Notes: a model not told the origin generated them from the sequence alone. Shown: positions 40,420 to 53,394, numbered from the stretch's first letter. The stretch: DNA of 64,000 bases from Octopus vulgaris (GCA_951406725.2 OX597822.1:108190001-108254000), one strand, 5' to 3'. Program-made: numbers and translations.

Positions 40420-40950
40420 AACAGGGACAACAACATCAGATACACAACAGGGACAACAAAACATACAGATAGACGATACAAAGAAAACAAGGACCGTCAT
40501 TCGGAGCTTTCTTTCCTCAGTCAATTTCTAGATTATCTTTGCAATTTCGGCTGGTTATACTCGAGATTGCTCCAATCTGGCCAACCCCAAGGAAACACTA
40601 AGCTAAGAGCATTAGATTCCTTGAAAGAAAGCAGCGAATGTATACGAAAACATAAACGAGAAAAACGGAGAATGTTACACAAATACAAATAACAGGACAT
40701 AACTACAGGTGTCTTTCGACTAAAGACGAAATAAATTAAGCTGGCGTGTGCGGTAATGAAGCCTTACGGCAGAGATACAAGATTAGCCAGGCACAAGGAG
40801 GAATATAGATGTCGCACGGACGACGGCCGAACCAAGAAAGAAGGATCAAACTTGGCCGAACACCGGTCACATGGGGAGAGAAGAGAGAGAGGTAGAGGTA
40901 GAAGGTCAGAAGAATTAAGGAGGGGCGACAGAAAATGTCAGGGACACATT
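40420..40950 (-). mobile_element. Repeat family X, copy 2
   Basis: High similarity to 57410-57885. Confidence 0.75.
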
Positions 40951-41182
40951 CCGGAAGGAGCATCATGAGACAACTGGTGAGAGAAAACCGATTATAGCAG
41001 CGACACCAAATAATAATATCTGAAGAATGAATATTATTCCGAAATAAGATATCAAACTATGGATAACTAGATTACAACAGGTAAATAGGCCATTGTCTGT
41101 ATTATAGTGCATAGTTGCACCACTCAAAATATGTTATACTTCACAAACAATACACAATGCTTCAAGCAAACTACAATACTAT

Positions 41183-41232
<50 letters not shown>

Positions 41233-41679
41233 TATATAGTTAAGCCAAACATGAACAAAGAGACAACACAACAACGCGAGGGCGTGGAACGAATATAGTG
41301 TTATTAGAGGTATAGAGGATCTAAAGGTTTATTATATACATATATATATATATGTATGTGTGTATGTATATATATGTGTGTGTGATATGTATATATATGT
41401 GTGTGTGTGTGCATGTATATATATGTGTGTGTGTATGAAAAACCATTAATATAAATATATGTCAATGTTATGCAACAATTTGCTTTCAATCTTATATACA
41501 CATATATATATATATGTGTGTGTGTATGTATATATATATATATGTTATTATTTATTCATGTAAAGGTTTATTATATATATATATATATATATGTGTGTAT
41601 GTGTGTATGTATATATATGTATGAGTGTGTATGTATAAAATATATTTATAGACATAATTTCACACACACACTGCCTACT

Positions 41680-42182
41680 CAGGTGCACGCGTGGGTGTGT
41701 AGTAAAAATATTCCTCCCCAAACCACTTGGTTCTGCGTCCAGTACAACGAAGTGAAAGCTCGAGCAAGTGTCATCTAAAATAGCTCCTATCCTGGGCTAC
41801 CACCTTGAAAAGCTTAAATTTAACGGGTAAAATTCTTCAAGGTGATGCCCCAATATAGGCATGTATAAATTAATGACTTAATTACTTTCTGAATCCTTTG
41901 TAAATCTGCCGTTGCCAAACTGATAAGTCACGGAAAATGTACACAGCAACACCAGTTGTCAAACGGTGGTGGTGGTGGGGGGGCAACACACACTCACATT
42001 CGCACAAACATAAATGTATTACGGCGTGCTTGTTTCAGTGTCCGTTTAGCAACTCCCCTTCCAAGGAATTGGTCGGTCAGATGCCATAGAGGAAGACGTT
42101 TGCACAATGTAGCAGGTGATGGGATTGACGGGAACCATGTTTGGAACGCAAAATTGTTGCAACAAAACTACGTGACGACCTA
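41680..42182. mobile_element. Two decayed SINE family A copies, tail-to-tail (plus 41680-41880, minus 41890-42182)
   Basis: Head GGTGCACGCGTGGGTGTGTAGTAA..GCAAGTGTCATCT; the reverse copy contains TTTCAGTGTCCGT..TTGGTCGG..GGAACCATGT. Confidence 0.6.
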
Positions 42183-42591
42183 TATTTAAGTGTGTGACTT
42201 TAAGGTTTTTTTTCATACCAACCAACGTTTGATGACGGATATTGGTTCGTTTACGTCCCCATACGATATAAGAAAACAAGAGGATAATTATCCAAGCTTG
42301 AAAAAAATAAATACTAGCGTCGATTCGTTCGAGTGAACTGTTTCAACTGAGTGCATATATATATATATATATATAAAGGGAAAGTTTACGAAAATAAACA
42401 AAAGACGAAGACAGGTGGTGTACATATATATGTTTATATATATATTTGTATATATATATATATATGTATGTATATATGTATATATATATGTGTGTGTGTA
42501 TATATGTGTTTATATATATATATATGTATATGTATATATATCTATGTGTATGTATCTATCTATCTATCTATATATATATATGTATATATAT

Positions 42592-42645
<54 letters not shown>

Positions 42646-43116
42646 GTATGTATATATCTATATGTATGTGCATGTAAATATGTATGTTTGCATAAGTTTG
42701 TAGCAGTTCTTAAAATTTGATTTATAATTGTTTTAATGAAATGAGCACAACCAAGAAGCTATGTACAAATATCAACACAAACATATATCACAAATTCATT
42801 TGATTTATAGTATATAACCACACGTACTGGCCTGCAGATAAACAAGAACGCATGCATTCATGTGTGATTGTGTGAGTGTGCATGTATATGCGTACGTACA
42901 CAGATATTTCGTGAAGTGCTGATTTAGTATTGAGACAAGATATTTAGACACCAAAATATCCTAAATTATCTCTCGCCTGAAGGGTCCGACGAATTGGGAA
43001 ACAGTTATACGTGCACGCGCACGACTGTATGTGTAAACCATACATACAAATATAGGCACAAACACGCACACTACCAATATAATTACACATACACAAAGTC
43101 ACACGCAATTTTGGGC

Positions 43117-43195
<79 letters not shown>

Positions 43196-44348
43196 GAAGC
43201 ACATACACGCAAACAAGTGCATACAAACTTATGCAGCTATATTGATATATGTTTATGAATATTTATGTCTGTGTATGTATAAATATGTGTATTTATGTAT
43301 ACATGCCAATTCACTAAAATAATTATAGTAAACAATATATATTTTCATTTCTTTATACATATACAAATATTTATAGAAACGTGCCCCATTTTTCCCTATA
43401 TGTTATATATATGATTTTTTTTTGGGGGGTAGGTGCGGGGGGAGGGTTGTTTCAAACTCTTCAATTTGGTTTTCTCCTTGACAAATAGGAAGTATCTAGA
43501 TAGCTCAATCTTTTACTATATTACAGTAAAACATCTCCGATTCTTTCACGAACGTGAATTGCATTGCAGTAATTGGTACCCATGTTAACTTACTTTTCCG
43601 CAATACTTACCATTAAGTTACATTACACGACTGCAATAAATATGTACTTATATAGTACGGTTCTAGAATCTCATAAACAAAATGAATTCCCTGACTATGG
43701 AGGCAGTTAAAACTGTCAGAACGTTACTCACATTTATGTTATATTTGTATCTTTTATTATATGTTAGACTGGTAACACACCCATGTGTTTGTTTGGAGGA
43801 GACATTTCTATATGTTGCTATATTCTATCATCATAAATTCTCAATTAGGTTATATTCTTATCTGCAGGCGTTAATTTACTTTCTTTCTAAGAAAGCCTGC
43901 GATTTGTTTGCTTCATACTGTATATTCTTGGTTTAGCAATGAACGACTTAACCCGGTGAGACCGGTCGTTTGTCAGCATTAATGAAACTGCACCAAAACA
44001 TCTAGGATCATGAAGTATTTATTGGAATGCCATTACTATATTCTTCTAATAGTGACCTGATATTTAAAAAAATATCTTGAAATCTTCCATATTCACATAG
44101 GTACGCGCACAACATCCATTCGTTAGTAGCAAATACAGCAACTCCGACGTAATGATCATAGACAAAGCAACATTCGCTTAATTGTTGATTTGAAAACGAG
44201 TCAGTCGAAGGAAATTAAAGAGGCAAAATTATACGAACAAATATAAACTCGAGAGGAAAAAATTAAAGAAAAAATAATATAGAAAAATAGAGATCTATAC
44301 GCCAGCCTATTTCAGATTTCACTAAATATAGCGATAACTGATATTTGA

Positions 44349-44693
44349 ATGGAGGCGCAATGGCCCAGTGGTTAGGGCAGCGGATCGCGGTCATAGGATC
44401 ACGGTTTCGATTGCGAGACCGGGTGTTGTGAGTGTTTATTGAGCGAAAACACCAAAAGCTCCTCGAGGCTCCGGCAGGGGATGGTGGTGATCCCTGCTGT
44501 ACTCTTTCACCACAACTTTCTATCACTCTTACTTGTCACTCTCTGAGTCACGCTGAATATCACCGAGAACTACGTTAAGGGTACACGTGTCTGTGGAGTG
44601 CTCGGCCACGTACACGTTAATTTCACGAGCAAGCTTTTCGTTGAATCGGATCAACCGGAACCCTCGTCGTCGTAACCGACGGAGTGCTTCTAC
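44349..44693 (+). mobile_element. tRNA-derived SINE family B with 13 bp TSD
   Basis: Box A TGGCCCAGTGG; box B-like GGTTTCGATT; TSD AACTGATATTTGA at 44336-44348 and 44694-44706. Confidence 0.9.
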
Positions 44694-45163
44694 AACTGAT
44701 ATTTGAGACAGAAAAAAACAAAACAGTTGTATTATGCATGAAACTAAACGTTTTTTTTATATGCTGTATACTTATAAATCTGAATTAGAAGTATAAAGTG
44801 TTTGGACATATTTTTATTTAAACTGATATTTCGAAAATATGAAGAGGAACAAATGGTATAGAAACAAAAACTATTTCACTCATATCTAGATGACAATGCT
44901 TTTGAATGTAGGTACAAAATTCGAATAAACTCATAGAATATAAGATATGCACCTGTATTCATTCCCACAACTTCCACTCACATATACATATCGTCAACAA
45001 TTATATGTACGGATTATGTATTCATGTATATATGTATGTATGCATATATATCATTAAATATATTCTGTTAGAATATCATCCACTGAATTTATAATGAACG
45101 CTCTTTGTATGAAATGTCAAAAATATTAATATTATAAAGTATTTAGACATTAATACGAGCGAT

Positions 45164-45937
45164 TATATATACTGTATTTGAAATAAAAGCATGAAATTTA
45201 ATATCAACATAATTCCTCACCAATATATATATGTTTAAAATAATTTTGTATAAAAAATATATGTAAATATATGAAACATGACAGCTTAAAAATTTGTTAA
45301 TTAATGCATCTTACGATCATTTCAGGAGAGTATTGTCCTTATAATGGAATCCATTGTTGATACACATTGATAGACAACACTTTCGCTCGTCAGAGATGGA
45401 GATGGTAAAGATTTTATATTTTATAATATATCGAACGTTGTTTTAAAATTAGAAAAATATGTAAAACTATGTTTGAAAAATAGATTAAAACTTACTGATT
45501 TAGATTTATGCAGGTCGGCTTTGGTAATGAAATTTAAAGTTTGTATATATATATATATATATATATATACTGTATTTGAAATAATAGCTTGAAGTTTAAT
45601 ATCAATAAAATTCTTCGCGAAGATACATTTGTCTAAAATATTATTGTATCAAAAATATATGTAAATATCAGAAACATGAAAGTTTAAAAATTTGTTAATT
45701 AACGTATCATATGATCGTTTCACGAAAGTATTGTCATTATAATGGAATTCATTGTTGATACACATTGATAGACAACACTTCCGCTCGTCAGAGATGGAGA
45801 AGATAAAGTTTTTTTACAATATATCGAATGTTGTTTGAAAATTAGAAAATATGAGAAAGTGATTTTGAAGAACATTAAAATTTGCTGGTTTAGATTTATG
45901 CAAGTCGACTTTGATAATAAAAATTAAAGTTTGTATA
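45164..45937. repeat. ~390 bp tandem duplication joined by (TA)n
   Basis: 45164-45547 versus 45562-45937 share ATTGTTGATACACATTGATAGACAACACTT.CGCTCGTCAGAGATGGAG. Confidence 0.9.
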
Positions 45938-46134
45938 ATATATCTTTAGTAAGTTCGTCTCAGTAATCGATGACTAGTTTTGATTTGTACAGTTAGACTT
46001 TGGTTCGAAAATTTCGAGTTTGTATTTTGGATGCCGGGTAAGGTACTCTTTACACAAAATTGCCATGGATTACCAAGATGATTTTAACAAAGATATATAT
46101 ATATATATATATATATGTATCTATCTATCTATAA

Positions 46135-46194
<60 letters not shown>

Positions 46195-46237
46195 ACATAC
46201 ATACATATATACACACACAAATATATGTATACATACA

Positions 46238-46300
<63 letters not shown>

Positions 46301-46325
46301 CTATGACTTAATTTGTCCTCTCACA

Positions 46326-46377
46326 CTTCTCAGATGAAGATATTTTATTAAATAATATTCTAGAAACAGCTGTAAGG
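46326..46377 (+). ncRNA. Minimal hammerhead motif (variant core CAGATGA)
   Basis: CAGATGA-AGATATT..AATATTCT-A-GAAA-C-AGCT-G-TA-AGG, inside a ~250 bp island between (TA)n tracts. Confidence 0.55.
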
Positions 46378-46541
46378 CATTCTATCTATCAATGCTCTTA
46401 TATAATGTATTCTTGTGTTAGAAAACATCCATCGAAGATAAGATGAAACTGAATATTCCCCGAAGATCGTATCAAACTATGCAACAAAGCTCCTTCCTCG
46501 CAATGGTGGTATTATTAGCAAAAGTAAGAACCGGCATACAA

Positions 46542-46649
<108 letters not shown>

Positions 46650-46742
46650 TGATTGATTGATTGATTGATTGATTCTAGTTTCAGCTTATGAGCTGTGGCC
46701 ATGCTGGGGCACCGCCATTTGGTGTTGCTACTTGGTTTCACT

Positions 46743-49739
46743 TCATGGAAGCTTTCTAGCAACTGCTATTTGGTGCATGAGAGAGTTCGATGCAGCTGCC
46801 CTCATCTGCCCCTCCTGCCGTGAAGTTGGTTCATCTGGGACACCTGACAGGAAGAGATCCAGCTTCATTTTAAAGACATCTGTATCCACCCCATGCAGGT
46901 CTCTCAGGTTCTACGGGAGGATATTGAAGAGCTGTGGGCCTCGGAAGCCCAGGCTATCACAGAATCTTGTCCTACATCTTGATGGCAGGTTTGGAGTCCT
47001 AGGCACCACGCAGTGGCGCCCAGTTCTGGCATTTGCGTAACTCTCGATGCCAAAGTTCAGGACACTTCCCTCCAGGATCTTCCAGATGTATATTATGGCA
47101 TATCTTTCCCGCCTACGCTCCAGGGAATATAATTTTAATCTCTTGAGTCTTTCCCAGTAGCTTACATTCTGCATAGAGGCTATCTTCTTTGTGTAGCTTC
47201 GTTGGATCGCCTCAAGTTCTGTGATCAACTTGACACTGGATGGTGACCATAGCTGAGAGCAATAGTCAAAGTGGCTTAGGACAAGTGTCTTCCAGAGGAC
47301 CATCATGGTTTCTTGTTCTCTTGTTCTAAAGGTTCTAAGAATCCATCCAGCCAGCCGTCTACATTTCATTGTCAGTTTAGCAACATGTACATGAAAGGTC
47401 GCGTCATCACTCATGTGAATACCCAGGTCACGCACTGATTGTGCCTCTGGGATTGCAATCCCTCCGGGTCCAGTGTATTCATTGGGTATTGCATTCAGTT
47501 TTGCATGCTGATAGTATAAAGCTTGAAACTTTCCAGCATTGAACTGCATGCTATTCTTTTCAGCCCACTTGTATATTTCGTCCAGCTCACATTGCAGGTG
47601 TTTAGTGTCCTCAGGGTTCTGTATTGCCTGTGAAACTTTTGTATCATCTGCATAACTTGTGATCGTGGCTCTCTGCGTGGCTGAGGGCATGTCTGAGAGG
47701 GCCATTATGAACAGTAGTGGTCCCAGAACAGTGCCCTGCGGAACACCGCTCACTATTTGTGTGTTAATGGAGGTGGCCCCATTGGCTACTACCACCTGAC
47801 TTCTATCCTTCAGAAAGTCATGAAGCCATTCTCCCAGTTTTCCAACTATGTTGAGATCACGCAGTTTGTGACATATCATTCCATGATCGACTTTATCAAA
47901 GGCCTTTGCAAAGTCGAGATATATCACTTCCACATTTGAGTGGTTGAGCAGCCGTTTCAGCACCCAGTCATAGTGTTGTGGGAGCTGAGTTAAACAGCTT
48001 CTCCCTGGTCGGAAACCATGTTGGGTGTCGGGCAGCAAGTCATTCTCTTCAAGGAAGGTGATCAGCTTCCTTCTGACTATTCGTTCCATGACCTTGCTGA
48101 TGTGTGAGGTCAGAGAGATAGGTCTATAGTTCTTGGCTTCCGCTCTGCTACCTCCTTTATGAATGGGGCATATTTTACCTTCCTTCAGTTTTCCTGGAAG
48201 TTTGCCAGCTGCAAGGAAGCTCTGAAAGAGGAACTGCAGTGGTCTTGCTAGGACTCTCTTACATGCTTTTAGGAGGATTGCCGGGAATCCATCGGGGCCA
48301 GTAGCTGAGTCTGTTTTCATTTCATCTATAGCCTTCGTTACATCGTCTTCCTTTATATCGATGTAATCTATCGTCGCCGCCTCTGATTTTATATCTGCAG
48401 TGGTAAAAAAGTCAGTTGGATTGGTGATTTGGAGATGCCCAAGGGGTGGAGTGAAAACACTCTTGAATTGCTCATTCAGTATTTCACTTACGCTCATTGG
48501 TTTTTCTGTAAGTGTGCCATCCTTTTCGAGGAGTGGCCCTATTCTACAGTGCACTGTAGCTGTTTCTCTGGCATACCTGTAGAAAGCTCTGGGGTTAGAT
48601 TTTATGTTTTCTATAGCCCAGGCTTCTTTGTCTGCTCTTTCTTTTTCATGGGAGAGTTGCAGACATTTTTCGATTTCCAACAGTTTTATTTTTAGGCGGG
48701 ACTTTTCACTGCTTTCAATCTGTTTGTTTAGGCGATTTGAAAATTTCGTACGCCGTCTCATTAAAATTTTCCTCTCTCTGGGGATTTTGTTCTTGTGTAC
48801 AGTGGCCTTTCTCTCTGGGACACATTTGTAGCATATGGCTTGCATTACAGACATGAATTGTTGAAGTTTCACGTCGATGTCTGGCGAGGAGAGACATTTA
48901 GGCCAGTTTTGTTTGAGGATCTCTTTCTCAATTTGTTTCCAGTTTGCCTTATGGTAGTTCAAGCTGGAAAGATTTTGAGGGTTTCTTGTAAGCTGCATGT
49001 CCGTGCTCTCTTTTGGCCCGTACATGGTCAGCTCTATCATGTTGTGATCCGAGAGTAGTGTCGGTGTCACTTTCACATTATGGATGAGATCCATGTCATT
49101 TGTGAAGCAGAGATCCAGTGTGTTACCTGCCCTGGTTGGTTGGAGTATTACCTGCTCCATGTACAGGGTGTTGGTGAGGTTCAGGAGGGACCTCGCCTGT
49201 CCTCGTTCACATCTTGTCATTCCTGGGAGAGAAAGGCCCTCGGGCAATCTGACATTGGGCAGATTGAAGTCTCCCATAAGAAGCACACCTATGTGTTGTT
49301 CTAATGTGGTTAGAATTTCTTCTATTTTTATAAGGCAGTCTTCAAACTTGCCCACATGGCTTGGGGCATCTGGAGGGCGATATGTAGCACACACAACTAC
49401 ATCAAGTTGCCTAATATGTACAATTAGTGTGTCACACACCGAGTTTGAGTATGACAAGAGGACCTGGGGTGTGAGGTCCTCACGGATGTACATAGCAACA
49501 CCTCCATGACTCCTTTCTTTCCTGTCGGTCCGTAGTACAGCATACTGTGGTATGTGTAACTCCGCATCTGCTATGTCCGGTTTCAGGTGCGTTTCTGTAA
49601 GTGCTATGCATATGGCTTGATTGCATGCAACAAAGTCTCTCAGGAACGGGATCTTTGTCCTGTTACTGAGTGTTTGCAGTCCTCTGATGTTCAGTAGGAG
49701 TATCGAGGTGAGGTGTACGTTGTTGCCGGCGGTGTCCAT
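46743..49739 (-). CDS. LINE ORF2: AP endonuclease and reverse transcriptase (premature TAG at 46911-46913)
   Basis: LNIRGL, LTETHL, GGVAMY, YRPP, GDFN, TLDL and SDH (APE); GPDG, YRPISL, QHGF, LDFAKAFD, GVPQG, YADD and RDLG (RT). The frame continues after the TAG to a TGA at 46743; probable ATG at 49739. Confidence 0.92.
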
Positions 49740-50602
49740 CCTGTGTCTGTTTGCTGTGGTGGTCTGGTATATAGTGGGTAGTCCCACCTGCGGGCTTGGG
49801 TTTGATGAAGCCAGGTCAGCTGCTGTACAATCTTTTGTGCCATGCACAAAAAAGATTGTTGCTCAGCAGCTGCTCTTTCGACAACATCATGTTGGCTGTT
49901 TGTGGCGCGCACAACATCTGCGTACCTCCGCTTTGGGGCAGGTGGTGCGTGGTCCATCCCTTTTCTTTGTGTTGATGGTTTGTCCATCTGCCTCGTGTCT
50001 CTGTGGCAGGGTCCCCGATGTGCAAAGCGGCAGCCTGCACCTTCCTTTCCATGCCAGCAGGAACCTCTCAGGTAGAACATACACACCCGTGTGCGCTGTT
50101 TGGTTCCATCCTTTGCGGTTCCACTTCTATTTCTGGTTGTTTCACTCTTTGGTCCTGCTTGAGCTTTTTCTTTTCCTCTAGCTCTTCCAGTCCTTCTTTT
50201 AGTTCTTCTTCCTCCCTCTACCTCTTCACCGGGTTCTCCGTCTCCATGGCCCTTGCTGCCGGTTTGAGAACTTGCACCTGGGTTCACTTCCCGGGCAGGT
50301 TTCTCATTCAAAACCTCCTCCCGGGCGTCCACCAGGTGGGGGTGACTTCTTTCATCGTCTCCATTCTTGCCATCTTTGCCCCGCTCGTTCTCAAAGATGG
50401 CATCAAGTGCGCCAATGTGCGACCGTACAAGCGCATATGAGCGCACGAATTCCTGTCTCTTTCGCTCCATCTGAGCCGCTGTCCTCTTGTAGCCTCTGCT
50501 CTTCAGCGCAGCCGCAATCACCTCCCTAGGGCTATCTCCGCCGGCGCACTCCCATGCTCGTACGAATAAATCCAGCTCGTCACGTCTCCATGCTCTGGAC
50601 AT
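49691..50602 (-). CDS. LINE ORF1: Myb/SANT-trihelix-like N-terminus and CCCH zinc finger
   Basis: AWRRDELDLFVRAW..IAAALKSRGYKRTAAQMERKRQEFVRSY; CMFYLRGSCWHGKEGAGCRFAH; intact 303 aa, overlapping the ORF2 start. Confidence 0.82.
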   Translation of the reverse strand: MSRAWRRDELDLFVRAWECAGGDSPREVIAAALKSRGYKRTAAQMERKRQEFVRSYALVRSHIGALDAIFENERGKDGKNGDDERSHPHLVDAREEVLNEKPAREVNPGASSQTGSKGHGDGEPGEEVEGGRRTKRRTGRARGKEKAQAGPKSETTRNRSGTAKDGTKQRTRVCMFYLRGSCWHGKEGAGCRFAHRGPCHRDTRQMDKPSTQRKGMDHAPPAPKRRYADVVRATNSQHDVVERAAAEQQSFLCMAQKIVQQLTWLHQTQARRWDYPLYTRPPQQTDTGWTPPATTYTSPRYSY

Positions 50603-50663
50603 GCTGGATAATCCGTCTATCCGTTTATCTATCTAATTATGTTCGAGAGAAGACAGGAAGATA

Positions 50664-52140
50664 TTAAGGCTAATTAGAAGATAGAGTACTTGAAAAAGAA
50701 ATATTAACAATATTAAAGTTTGTGTAAAAACGTTATTTGGGTAAAAACGTTATTTAATCTTAAGGCTAATTAGGGGATAGAGTATCTGAAAATGTATTAG
50801 CAATATTAATATTATGTTAGAGTGTGGATAAAAACGTTGTTTAATCTTAAGGCTAATTAGGAGATAGATTATCTTAAAATATATTAGCAATATTAATATT
50901 ATATTAGAGTGTGGGTAAAAAAAAAAACGTTATTTAATCTTAAGGCTAATTTGGAGATAGAGTATCTGAAAATATATTAGCAATATTAATATTATATTAG
51001 AGTGTGGGTAATATTAAACCTTATTTAATTTAATCTTAAGGCTAATTAGAAGACAGAGTATCTGAAAAATTATATATACAATATTAAGCAATATTAACCG
51101 TTATTTAATTTAATCTTAAGGCTAATTAGAAGATAGAGTATCTGAAAATATATTAGCAATATTAATATTATATTAGAGTGTGGATAAAAACGTTATTTAA
51201 TCTTAAGGCTAATCAGGAGATAGAGTATCTGAAAATATATTAGCAATGTAAATATTATATTAGAGTGTGGGTAATATTAAACGTTATTTAATTTAATCTT
51301 AAGGCTAATTAGAAGATAGAGTATCTGAAGAATTATTAACAATATTAAACGTTATTTAATTTAATCTTAAGGCTAATTAGAAGATAGAGTATCTGAAAAT
51401 ATATTAGCAATATTAATATTATATTAGAGTGTGGATAAAAACGTTATTTAATCTTAAGGCTAATCAGGAGATAGAGTATCTGAAAATATATTAGCAATGT
51501 AAATATTATATTAGAGTGTGAGTAATATTAAACGTTATTTAATTTAATCTTAAGGCTAATTAGAAGATAGAGTATCTGAAGAATTATTAACAATATTAAA
51601 CGTTATTTAATTTAATCTTAAGGCTAATTAACAATAATTATTAACAATATTAAACAATATTAAACGTTATTTAATTTAATCCTAAGGCTAATTAACAATA
51701 ATTATTAACAATATTAAACAATATTAAACGTTATTTAATTTAATCTTAAGGCTAATTAACAGTAATTATTAACAATATTAAACAATATTAAACGTTATTT
51801 AATTTAATCCTAAGGCTAATTAACAATAATTATTAACAATATTAAACGTTATTTAATTTAATCCTAATGCTAATTAGACGTTATTAATATTAAACGTTAT
51901 TTAATTTAATCTTAGGGCTAATTAGAAGATAGAGTATCTGAAAGATTATTAACAATATTAAAACAATATTAAACGTTATTTAATTTAATCTTAAGGCTAA
52001 TTAACAATAATTATTAACAATATTAAACAATATTAAACGTTATTTAATTTAATCCTAAGGCTAATTTGACGGTATCAATATTAAACGTTATTTAATTTAA
52101 TCTTAAGGCTAATTAGAAGATAGAGTATCTGGAAAATTAT
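50664..52140 (-). repeat. AT-rich tandem minisatellite array, probably the LINE 5' UTR
   Basis: About 20 units anchored on AAGGCTAAT, 48-96 bp long; 64 bp period at 51620-51812; 251 bp higher-order duplication (51118/51369, 51205/51456, 51301/51552). Confidence 0.9.
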
Positions 52141-52587
52141 TATATCGAGAACAGATATTGAAAATGTAAACAAACAAAATGACGATCGCAACTTTAACTA
52201 AGATGTGGGCCTAAGTGAAAGATAAAATAGATTAATAAATAAAATATGAAATAGATGAAATTGATACTTAATCCAACAATGTGGTCTGGATTATTTTTCT
52301 TGGTTTACGGGATTTTTTTTCAGGAGAGATACTTCTTTTTCTTTCTTGCAGGAGATAACTTGATTCAGTTATTTTTGCACCATGTGCGTTTCGGCGAAAA
52401 TGAAAATTACTGTGTATATGTATATATTTATATATATATTTTTTAAAATATTTTTAACCAAAGTGTTGTAGTGATCTCTATGACTTAGAGTTTTACGTTT
52501 TGCAACTACAGTGGGTTATTTCGCCGTTCTATGCAAACTTTTTCACAGAGCAAAGGCAATCACGTCTTTCTCTGCGGAAAACGGAAC

Positions 52588-52626
<39 letters not shown>

Positions 52627-52631
<5 letters not shown>

Positions 52632-52837
52632 ATCCAAACATGAAAACACAAAGAGAAAACACAACAACGCGAGGACGTGGGACAAATTTAGTATTATTGG
52701 ACGCTCAGGAAGGATGGAAAAAAAGAGGGTTTAACGTTTCGATCGGAGCTCTTCGTCGGAAACAGGAGAAGGAAAGATCCAGAGAAGGGAAGACAGAAGA
52801 AAAAATCGCCAACGGTACACACGCGGTCACATTTTGA
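52627..52837 (-). mobile_element. ~210 bp (TA)n-embedded hammerhead mini-element (family H2)
   Basis: Minus 52729-52763: GTTT-CCGACGA-A-GAGC-TCC-GATC-GAAA-CG-TT-AAAC; other copies at 62703-62870 and 41238-41305 (partial). Confidence 0.72.
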
Positions 52838-52848
52838 ATATATATATG

Positions 52849-52882
52849 CACTAGCAGCAAGGCCTGGTTTCACCTAGTCAGT
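52849..52882 (-). mobile_element. Possible Helitron 3' terminus relic
   Basis: Minus strand GACTAGGTGAAACCAGGCCTTGCTGCTAG|T. Confidence 0.3.
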
Positions 52883-53335
52883 TTGGATGATGTGATTGTA
52901 AAACCTGCTCTGTGTAAGCAGTCGACTTGTTCGGGCACGCTAACATTAAAATATCATTTTAGAATGACTTTTTTCAACGCTAAAAATAACTGACCAACAG
53001 AAACAAAAACAACCATGATTCAACCAAATCAAAAAATAAACCCATAGCGAACTGAGATGAACCATTCGCCTTCCATTGCACGCGCACACGCACACGCACA
53101 CACAAACACACACACACAGGCACACGCACACAAACACATTCATATAACCCCCCTTTTACATACAAACATATATTCACACGAAGTTGAAACACTGCTTGTT
53201 TTATTTTTTCAGCGTACAATTTTCATCATCCCACTACCAAGTGTGAAATCATATCTTCCTTTCTTATTCATCTATTACTCCTTCCTTTCTCATTTATAAG
53301 CACAAGAGTATTATTATACTTTGCATCTTTAATAA

Positions 53336-53394
<59 letters not shown>

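Noticed and set aside
44352-44425. Genuine tRNA gene
   Set aside because: It continues into a SINE body bounded by a 13 bp TSD and gives no clean cloverleaf; the same holds for the heads at 11629 and 54606.
50664-52140. CRISPR-like repeat-spacer array
   Set aside because: The inter-repeat segments are themselves repeated, there are no cas genes, and the context is eukaryotic.
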